This document shows positions 1-6,450 of a DNA stretch of 13,988 nucleotides, in pieces (position 1 is the stretch's first letter; the number at the start of each line of letters is the position of its first letter). The stretch lies in NCBI GenBank assembly GCA_039714075.1, contig JBDLKA010000088.1:1-13988 (forward strand), given 5' to 3'. A model generated the notes under the pieces. The model saw only the letters and a list, made by a program, of their open reading frames with translations. It ran no database searches and was not told the DNA's origin. The DNA is from Candidatus Krumholzibacteriota bacterium. Lineage in GTDB: Bacteria > Krumholzibacteriota > Krumholzibacteriia > LZORAL124-64-63. The position numbers and the translations under genes are program-made.

Positions 1-16
1 AGGAAACAGCGGACAT
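1..16 (-). CDS. 5' end of an unidentified gene running off the window (MSAVS...)
   Basis: ATG at 16-14 with a perfect GGAGGT Shine-Dalgarno (27-22) 5 nt upstream and a promoter-like sequence at 83-55. Only 5 codons are visible. Confidence 0.6.
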
Positions 17-54
17 GATATACCTCCAGGGTTGGGTGCATGGGAGGTACAATC

Positions 55-83
55 AATATACGAACAAACAGCGAAAACAGCAA
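55..83 (-). promoter_or_regulatory. Candidate sigma70 promoter for the left-edge gene
   Basis: Minus strand TTGCTG (83-78), 17-nt spacer, TATATT (60-55), in an AT-rich intergenic stretch downstream of the mdh terminator. Confidence 0.5.
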
Positions 84-207
84 GAAAAAAGTCAGCTAAT
101 CGGCAAGTTTTTCAATTGGTTATGGATGTCAAAAATCAACCCAAAATCACCCTGAAAACCCCCAAACAGACCCCCCGGGGGGCCTTCGACCGACCCCTGT
201 CGAACCC

Positions 208-248
208 AAAAAAAACGCCGGACCCCCTCGCGCAGGAGATCCGGCGTT
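208..248 (-). terminator. Rho-independent terminator of mdh
   Basis: Minus strand AACGCCGGATCTCCT-GCGCG-AGGGGGTCCGGCGTT then TTTTTT. This is a 15-bp stem with two G-U pairs that form only on the minus-strand RNA, ending in an 8-U run, about 27 nt after the mdh stop. Confidence 0.9.
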
Positions 249-275
249 ACTCGCGCAATGAGTATTCTACACCAT

Positions 276-1229
276 CTACTTGACCTTGTCGACCGCCGCG
301 CAGGTGCCCTTGACCGCGTTGATCGAGACCCGCAGGGCCTTCTTCTCTTCGGGGGTCAGCTTGATCTTGACGATCTCTTCGATCCCGTTCTTGCCCAGGA
401 TGACGGGCACGCCCAGGAACATACCCTTGACCCCGTACTCGCCCTTCAGGTAGGCGGCCGCGGGAATGATCTTGCGCTTGTCGAAGGCGATGGCTTCGAC
501 CATCTCCAGGGCGCTGATCGCGGGGCTGACGAAGGCCGAGCCGCTGCCCAGCAGACCGACGACTTCGCCGCCGGCGCCGCGGGTGCGCTTCTCGATCTTG
601 GCCAGGGCGGTCTTCTTGACGAATTGCTCGACCGGCAGGCCGTAGATGCGGCAGGCGCTGCGGATGGGCACCATGGTGTCGCCGTGTCCGCCGAGCACGA
701 CCGCTTCGACGTTCTCCACCGACACGTTGGCTTCCTTGGCCACGAAGTACTTGTAGCGCGAGGAGTCCAGCACGCCGGCCATGCCCATGATCTTGTTGGG
801 CTTGCAGCGCAGCTTCTTGAACAGCCGGTAGACGATGGCGTCCAGCGGGTTGGCGATGGAGATCACGAACGCGTTCGGGGCGTATTTCTTGATGCCCGCG
901 GCGACGAAGTCGGTGATCTTCAGGTTGGTGGCCAGCAGTTCCTCGCGCGAGGGGAAGGAGCCGTCCGGCTTGGCCTTGCGGGGCACGCCGGCGGTGTTGA
1001 TCACGAAGTCGGCGCCCTCCAGCACCTCGTACGTCTTGCTGCCTTCGAGGTTGATGTCGTTGCCGTAGACCGGGGTAGCCTCGGCAATATCCAGACACTT
1101 GCCCTTGGCGAATTCGGGCGGGGCGATGTCGACCAGACCGACGTTGCGAGCCAGCCGCCGGGAAACGATTTCCGAGACCAGGACGCCGCCGATGTTACCG
1201 CCGCCAACGATACCGATTTTGTTGATCAT
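276..1229 (-). CDS. mdh: Malate dehydrogenase, LDH-like family, NAD-dependent (specificity loop has an insertion)
   Basis: GGGNIG Rossmann motif, GKCLDIAEA, TAGVPRK with the Arg102 equivalent, NPLD, GMAGVLDSSR, catalytic His in LGGHGDTM, RTRGAGGEVV, GSAFVSPA, GVPVILGKNG; AAGGAG RBS upstream. Confidence 0.9.
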   Translation of the reverse strand: MINKIGIVGGGNIGGVLVSEIVSRRLARNVGLVDIAPPEFAKGKCLDIAEATPVYGNDINLEGSKTYEVLEGADFVINTAGVPRKAKPDGSFPSREELLATNLKITDFVAAGIKKYAPNAFVISIANPLDAIVYRLFKKLRCKPNKIMGMAGVLDSSRYKYFVAKEANVSVENVEAVVLGGHGDTMVPIRSACRIYGLPVEQFVKKTALAKIEKRTRGAGGEVVGLLGSGSAFVSPAISALEMVEAIAFDKRKIIPAAAYLKGEYGVKGMFLGVPVILGKNGIEEIVKIKLTPEEKKALRVSINAVKGTCAAVDKVK

Positions 1230-1447
1230 GACACCGAGCTCCTTGCTGGTAAGTTCAACTTTTCCGGATTTTCGAGACCTTTTTCGAGAACCATGCGGAC
1301 CTGTTAATCAGGAGAGGTACGTTAACATCAAGGGGGGCGGAATTCCAGCAAATTAGCTGTATGGGGGCGCTCAAAACCACTACGAAAATGGTCGGTTATG
1401 GGTTTTCAGGCTGGTGAGGAGAGCCGGTGCACAGGGCCGGCGCGGTG

Positions 1448-2101
1448 CTAGCCGAACGCACCCGCCACCGCAATGCGCGACCAGTCCTCGAAGCTGCCGC
1501 CGTCGGGTCCTTTTTCGGGGCCGGTCATGTTTTTCAATTCGTTCACCGCGATCCACCGCGCCTGGTGCGGCTCGGCCTGGGCGCTGACCAGATCCATGAT
1601 CTGCTGGTCGTTGTCCGCCAGCCCGTCCAGGTCCACCTTGAACACCACGCCGAAGTGCACGCTCGAGACGTCCTCGCTGTCCGAGTTGATGAACCCGATC
1701 AGGGACAGCGCGCCGGTGCCCGGATTCAGCCCGGTTTCCTCTTCCATCTCGCGCAGGGCGGTGGCCATGACCAGGCCGTTGGCCTCCACCGTGGAATCGT
1801 CGCGGTCCAAAGGTTCGATGTGCCCGCCGAAACCCACCGACCACAGGCCGCCCAGGCGTGTTTCGGTGTGCTTGGTCCGCCGCTGGTAGCACAGGACGCG
1901 TGCGTCGTCGCCTTCGCCCCGCTGCAGCATCAGGTAGGGGATGATCTGCTTGTAGTGCGAGTTGACTTCCATGTAGTCGCGCTCGGCGAAGAACAGGTGG
2001 CTGGTCAGGTCGTCCAGGTCCACCGCTGCGGTGGCCAGGAATCCCTGGGGGCTGAGCCCGGGGAACAGATGCTTTCGTTCGACGACGAGAATGACGCGCA
2101 A
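1448..2101 (-). CDS. NUDIX-family hydrolase, YmaB/COG4112-like predicted phosphoesterase
   Basis: R..ME...YKQIIPY, YQR....E.RL..LWSVGFGGHI, NUDIX helix ALREMEEETGL, GFIN....VSSVHFG and E.WS motifs. TTG at 2101 sits 8 nt from the AAAGGA RBS; the alternative TTG at 2107 is only 2 nt away from it. Confidence 0.8.
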   Translation of the reverse strand: MRVILVVERKHLFPGLSPQGFLATAAVDLDDLTSHLFFAERDYMEVNSHYKQIIPYLMLQRGEGDDARVLCYQRRTKHTETRLGGLWSVGFGGHIEPLDRDDSTVEANGLVMATALREMEEETGLNPGTGALSLIGFINSDSEDVSSVHFGVVFKVDLDGLADNDQQIMDLVSAQAEPHQARWIAVNELKNMTGPEKGPDGGSFEDWSRIAVAGAFG

Positions 2102-2118
2102 GGTCAAGGTCCTTTCTA

Positions 2119-3459
2119 CTAGGGCAAGAAACGGCCCACATTCGCCAGCTTTTGCGGCAGGTATTCATCAATCACGTAGTTCAACCCGTGTTTGGCCAGC
2201 GCCTGCTGCTCGGCGCGCACGCCCATTTTGATCATCTGCTCGAGGGCCAGCTGCCAGGCCCGGTAGTGCAGGATGAAGGGGTCGTTCTTCAGGGCGTCCT
2301 TGGCCCGCTTGATATCCACGTCCTTCAACGGATGCGTGGGCAGGTCGTAGTCGATGATGTCCTGGGGCGTGATGCCCAGCAGATGCGCCTGGGGCACGCA
2401 GAAGTACTCGTTCAGGTGTGCCGCGTTGCCCGACCCCACCTTCAGGGTGCGGTAGATGTTCGAGAAACCGTAGGGATCGCCGTCGACAAACACGTACACG
2501 GGCAGCCCGTGGCTGTCGGCCAGGCGCCGCACGAAGCGGCGGCAGGCACGGGTCGGCACGCCGCCCAGGGAGATCAGGATGCAGTTGGCCGTCTTCCAGT
2601 AGTTGTGCTTGACCAAACGCTGGAACATACCCGCGGTCTCGATGCACAGGATGAACTGCGCGTCGGTCTCGAACTTCAGGTCCTCGACCGAGATGGGAAT
2701 GCTGTAGGCCCCGCTGCCGAAGCGGGTGCAGTCGATCCGCAGCTCTTCGCCCGAATCCCGGTCGTGGTCGATGACCACCAGGCGTCCGGCCACGTCGCCG
2801 CCCTTTTCCTCGGGCACGAAACCCAGCTGCTCACGGTTCACGCTGAAGAAGGCCTCGACGTCCTCCATCACCGTGTCGGATTCGGGCTGTTCCTTGAAGC
2901 GGGCCTCGGACCAGTTCTTGGAGACGTAGTAGGCCTCCCTCTTGGTGGCTATGTCGTCGGTCTCGATCAGTTCCTTGGACAGGGCCATCATCTTCAGGGT
3001 CTGGGCGAAGGTCTTGACGGTGTTCACCGTCAGCGTGCGTTCCTTCTTCTTGCCCTTCAGCTTGAAATACCCGGTGGACGAGCTGTAGTTCACGTTGGCC
3101 AGCGAGCGCAGGGGGAACTTCATCGAGGGTTTGTCGCCGAGCAGGATCTTCTGCCGGATGATGTTCGACTCGCTGCGGATCCGCCGGGAGACCGGGCTGA
3201 AGGACGCCTTGCGGGGTTCCGTGCCTGTCGTCTTGGTACGCGGAGGACCGGACTTGGCCGCGGCGGCCGCGGGTTTTTTGGCCGGAGCCTTCTTCTTTGG
3301 GGCGGCTTTCTTGCCGGCGGCCTTCCTGGCGGGAGCCTTCTTTTTCCTTCCCGGAGTCCCGAAGCTTAGCTCAGCCTGGCTCGAGGCCGGCTTCTTCGCG
3401 GCCTTTTTGGTGACCTTCTTCTTGGCGGTCTTCTTTTTCGTGGTCTTCTTCTTGGCCAA
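2119..3459 (-). CDS. top6A: DNA topoisomerase VI subunit A (Spo11 family) with Lys/Ala-rich N-terminal extension
   Basis: Catalytic Tyr motif TKREAYY, F.EQ.ESD..MED.E, Toprim motifs LCIETAGMFQRL and VFVDGDPYG, GGVP.RA.RRF, C-terminal AEQQAL. TTG start with an AAGGA RBS overlapping the top6B stop. Confidence 0.95.
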   Translation of the reverse strand: MAKKKTTKKKTAKKKVTKKAAKKPASSQAELSFGTPGRKKKAPARKAAGKKAAPKKKAPAKKPAAAAAKSGPPRTKTTGTEPRKASFSPVSRRIRSESNIIRQKILLGDKPSMKFPLRSLANVNYSSSTGYFKLKGKKKERTLTVNTVKTFAQTLKMMALSKELIETDDIATKREAYYVSKNWSEARFKEQPESDTVMEDVEAFFSVNREQLGFVPEEKGGDVAGRLVVIDHDRDSGEELRIDCTRFGSGAYSIPISVEDLKFETDAQFILCIETAGMFQRLVKHNYWKTANCILISLGGVPTRACRRFVRRLADSHGLPVYVFVDGDPYGFSNIYRTLKVGSGNAAHLNEYFCVPQAHLLGITPQDIIDYDLPTHPLKDVDIKRAKDALKNDPFILHYRAWQLALEQMIKMGVRAEQQALAKHGLNYVIDEYLPQKLANVGRFLP

Positions 3460-3470
3460 GGTATCCGTCC

Positions 3471-5165
3471 TTAGAGTTTCCGGCTTCTCTCGAGCGTGTC
3501 GGTCAACGTGGCGATGACTTCTTCCTTTTCACCGTCGGAAATCGCCAGGATCTCCTGCAGCGCCTCACCGATGTGGGGGATGTATTTCTGGATGTAGCTC
3601 TGTTTTTTCAACGCGTCCTTCTCGCGGGCCCTTCGTTTGACGTGCTTGCCCAGACGCCGGCCGGCCTCCTGCAGGGCCAGCTTCATCTCCTTGATGATCT
3701 CGGGATAGTGGGCCACCGCCTCCTTCGATTCCGAGGTGAACGGCACCCAGACCGAGGCCATGTGGATCAGGATCACCAGCGGACCGGTGGGCAGTGCGCC
3801 CTTGCTCTGCTGCAGGCCGTAGCTGCGCCAGTTGCTGGTCAGCACCGACTTGTGCACCGCGCAGGCCGAAGCCTGGTACAGAAGGGGCACCCGGTTGGCG
3901 AAGCGCATCACCTTGGCCAGTTCGTCGCCGGGCAGCTGCCCGCCGTAGGCCAGACCGACCTCGATCTGGAACGGATTGCCGCGGTACACGGACGCCGGCC
4001 GCGTGACCGAGGTGTAGAATTCGGCCTCGACACCGCTCTTGAGCCCCGCCATCACCAGATCTTCGCCGATGGGCGACAGGCAGTCCGTGGGAGGGGAGGC
4101 GATCTTGGTGTCCGCGATCCCGTCAAGCAGCTTCTGGATGTCTTCGCGCACCAAACGTTTGGGATTTTTGCGCGGCGGCAGGCCGGCGTTCTCGAAAATC
4201 TGTTCGGCGGTCTTGGGACCCACCCGGCAGAATTCGTCCTTCATGAAGGAATTGAGATTGCGGGACTTGGTCTCCTTCAGCATCCGCGCCAGGATACCCA
4301 GCTCCACGCCGTAGGGATGCGGCTTGATTTCCACCGACTCGGGAGGAAGCTCCTTGGTGGAGTTGGGGTAGATGATTGCCTCGCCCTTGGGATTGCGGTA
4401 CGTCAGGTGCAGATGCGGGTTGGCGATGGCCGTCTGCTCGAGGTAGTTGTCCACCGAGTGCTGGCCGCGCTTGTAGCTGCCCGTCAGGTGGATCTCGATG
4501 CGCGTGCCGTGGTCCTTTTCCCAGATGGTCTCGTCGCCGGTCAGGATATTGGGCTCGTTCTTCTTCATGTCGAGCATGACCTGGAAACGGTGGGCGGGAT
4601 GTTTCTTGCCCGTGCGGCTGTATATGGTCACGGGTTTGCCGGTCGTCAGCTGGCCGTACATGCCGGCGGCCGAGATGCCGATACCCTGCTGCCCGCGGCT
4701 CTGTTTCAGCGAGTGGAATTTCGAACCGTACAGCAGCTTGCCGAAGATCTTGGGGATCTGGGCCTTCACGATGCCCGGGCCGTTGTCCTCGATGATCAGC
4801 TTGTACAATTCCTCGTTTTTGGAGCCCGGCTTGGCGCCGTTGGCGGTCTTCCCGTTCTTGCCGTTTTTTCCGTTCTTCCCGTTGGACTCGGCCGGCTCTT
4901 CCTGGCTGCTCAACTCAACGCCGAGGTCCACCGGCTTGTCCGGGCGGATCTCCACTTCCAGCACGGGTGCGATCCCGGCCTCTTCACAGGCGTCCAGACT
5001 GTTGTCCACCGCTTCCTTGATGGTCGTCAGCAGGGCTTTGGCCGGCGAGTCGAACCCCAACAGGTGGCGGTTCTTGGTGAAGAACTCGCTGATGGAGATC
5101 TCGCGTTGTTTGGCTGCCATGGTCTGGGCGTTTTTTTCGAGGCGTTTTTTCTGGGGCACGGCCAT
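3471..5165 (-). CDS. top6B: DNA topoisomerase VI subunit B (GHKL ATPase, H2TH and transducer domains)
   Basis: [17 protein letters not shown]-box [67 protein letters not shown]; adjacent to top6A. Confidence 0.96.
   Translation of the reverse strand: MAVPQKKRLEKNAQTMAAKQREISISEFFTKNRHLLGFDSPAKALLTTIKEAVDNSLDACEEAGIAPVLEVEIRPDKPVDLGVELSSQEEPAESNGKNGKNGKNGKTANGAKPGSKNEELYKLIIEDNGPGIVKAQIPKIFGKLLYGSKFHSLKQSRGQQGIGISAAGMYGQLTTGKPVTIYSRTGKKHPAHRFQVMLDMKKNEPNILTGDETIWEKDHGTRIEIHLTGSYKRGQHSVDNYLEQTAIANPHLHLTYRNPKGEAIIYPNSTKELPPESVEIKPHPYGVELGILARMLKETKSRNLNSFMKDEFCRVGPKTAEQIFENAGLPPRKNPKRLVREDIQKLLDGIADTKIASPPTDCLSPIGEDLVMAGLKSGVEAEFYTSVTRPASVYRGNPFQIEVGLAYGGQLPGDELAKVMRFANRVPLLYQASACAVHKSVLTSNWRSYGLQQSKGALPTGPLVILIHMASVWVPFTSESKEAVAHYPEIIKEMKLALQEAGRRLGKHVKRRAREKDALKKQSYIQKYIPHIGEALQEILAISDGEKEEVIATLTDTLERSRKL
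4848..4883 (-). repeat. Four tandem 9-nt units encoding (NGK)4 within a Top6B insertion
   Basis: AAC GGG AAG / AAC GGA AAA / AAC GGC AAG / AAC GGG AAG; the units differ only at synonymous positions. Confidence 0.9.
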
Positions 5166-5234
5166 TCACGGATCCTTCCGGGTGTCGGCAAATCCCTTGA
5201 TTCCGGCGTTTTCACAGGAAGTCTGGAAACCGGA

Positions 5235-5264
5235 ACATTAATTTACGAAGACCTGTCAGGTCAA
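5235..5264 (-). promoter_or_regulatory. Candidate sigma70 promoter of top6B-top6A-NUDIX
   Basis: Minus strand TTGACC (5264-5259), 18-nt spacer, TAATGT (5240-5235), about 70 nt upstream of the top6B ATG. Confidence 0.45.
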
Positions 5265-5272
5265 CCCCGGCC

Positions 5273-6307
5273 TTACCGGTAAAGGGCGCGCAGGGACCCG
5301 AACGAGGTTTTTTCCGCCGGGACGATGATGTCCGTGGTGAACTTGATGCTGAAATATCCCGAGCCCGTTTCGGTGGGCGCGCGGAAGCAATCCACGCCCA
5401 GGTAGACGGTGACTTCCTGGTCCGTTTCGTTCCGGTAGGTCAGGGTTTCGGCCTGGCCGCCGGTGCCGCTGTTGGCGTAGTCCAGACAGGTCGGGCTCGT
5501 TCCGCAGCCGTCGAACAGCCACAGGGCGATATCCAACGAAGGGGCCAGTTCCAGGATTTGAACCTTGAACTCGCTGAAATCCGCACCGCCAAACTGGTTG
5601 CCCGTGCGGGCGGGCATGGTCAGGGAGTACCATTTTTCCCCGCCCTTCAGCAGGATGGGGCTGCATTCGAATTCCTGGACGGCGTTGAAGAGGCCGTGCA
5701 GGTTGCCCACGAGTTCCGTTTCAGGCTGATTGAAATCCACCGGGGTGGCCACCCCGGGAAGGCAGACCAGCGGAGCAACACCCACATACCGGCAATTGTA
5801 ATCCACCGTGTAGGGCCCTTCGTTGATTCCCCTTTCGCTGTAGCCGTCCACGATCAGGTAATAGGAACCCCCGGTCAGGGTGGCGGTGATTTCCGTGTTC
5901 GCCCCGATGAGGCAGGAATCGGTGTCGCATCCGTTCAAAAGAAACAGGTCGTGGTCGATGACCGGATCGATATTGCTCAGACCCGCCCAGAACTGCAGGG
6001 TGTCACCCTCGCTGACGTCCAGCCGGTAGATGTGCTCGGGGCTCGCCTCATCCCAGCCGGCACAGGGGTATCCGTCGATGAGACTCGGGCCGCCGGTGGT
6101 ATCGTCCATCAGGCTGCTGGAGGTGCCCACCGTAAGGGGCACAATCTGAAAAGGTGTGCAATCAAAGGGTGTCCGGGTGTACACAAACCCCGGCGAGGGT
6201 GGTTTGGAGTCGCCATCGCCGGTAACCTGCAGGACCGCCCCGGAAAGGGGCGCGGACCACAGAAAGGCGGTGAAGCACACGAGCAACACTTTGCGGAATA
6301 AAGACAT
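5273..6307 (-). CDS. Secreted protein (344 aa) with two related Cys-containing PPC-like beta-sandwich domains and a short C-terminal tag
   Basis: The start is moved from 6445 to ATG 6307, which gives a signal peptide (MSLFRKVLLVCFTAFLWSAPLSG). Internal duplication: C...PEHIYRL...DLFLLNGC...C...YLIVDGY...GPYTV versus C...GEKWYSL...DIALWLFDGC...C...YLGVDCF...GYFSI. The fold assignment is by pattern only. Confidence 0.75.
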   Translation of the reverse strand: MSLFRKVLLVCFTAFLWSAPLSGAVLQVTGDGDSKPPSPGFVYTRTPFDCTPFQIVPLTVGTSSSLMDDTTGGPSLIDGYPCAGWDEASPEHIYRLDVSEGDTLQFWAGLSNIDPVIDHDLFLLNGCDTDSCLIGANTEITATLTGGSYYLIVDGYSERGINEGPYTVDYNCRYVGVAPLVCLPGVATPVDFNQPETELVGNLHGLFNAVQEFECSPILLKGGEKWYSLTMPARTGNQFGGADFSEFKVQILELAPSLDIALWLFDGCGTSPTCLDYANSGTGGQAETLTYRNETDQEVTVYLGVDCFRAPTETGSGYFSIKFTTDIIVPAEKTSFGSLRALYR

Positions 6308-6339
6308 ATCCGGGTTTTCCTGTCGGCTGCTCAGGGGGG

Positions 6340-6361
6340 AACAGGTGAATAACAGGTGAAT
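6340..6361. repeat. Perfect tandem 11-bp direct repeat (AACAGGTGAAT)2
   Basis: Read directly at 6340-6350 and 6351-6361, upstream of the 6307 start. Confidence 0.85.
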
Positions 6362-6450
6362 CTGACCCCGACTCGCGGGTGCCAGGACCTTAAATCTAGC
6401 ATATCCGGGGTCGGGAAGCGAATTCAACCCGGAGTGATGACCCAAGTTCC

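Noticed and set aside
62..76. GAAC-N7-GAAA resembling an alphaproteobacterial LexA box
   Set aside because: The match is imperfect, nothing suggests an alphaproteobacterial host, and the downstream gene is unknown.
171..182. C6G6 perfect palindrome
   Set aside because: It is low complexity with no loop and no associated U-tract, so no function can be supported.
32..283. 83-aa plus-strand ORF
   Set aside because: It has no RBS and no recognisable motif, and it runs antisense through a promoter and the mdh terminator.
1260..1289. Imperfect repeats TTTTCCGGA / TTTTCGAGA / TTTTCGAGA upstream of mdh
   Set aside because: They are short with irregular spacing (9 and 12 bp) and cannot be distinguished from chance.
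2119..3459. Top6A as a Wadjet JetD or other Toprim defence nuclease, or as a meiotic Spo11
   Set aside because: It is paired with a full top6B, has canonical Topo VI-A motifs, and has no SMC/jetABC genes nearby.
258..6301. Long antisense and alternate-frame ORFs (258-1307, 247-1098, 1380-2171, 1427-2122, 2152-3369, 3573-5282, 5558-6301)
   Set aside because: These are shadow ORFs expected from high-GC codon bias. They overlap genes with clear family motifs and have no motifs of their own.
6308..6445. Upstream in-frame extension of the secreted protein (also 8006-8065 and 10180-10221 for other genes)
   Set aside because: The downstream ATGs give proper RBS spacing, signal peptides or family-typical N-termini.
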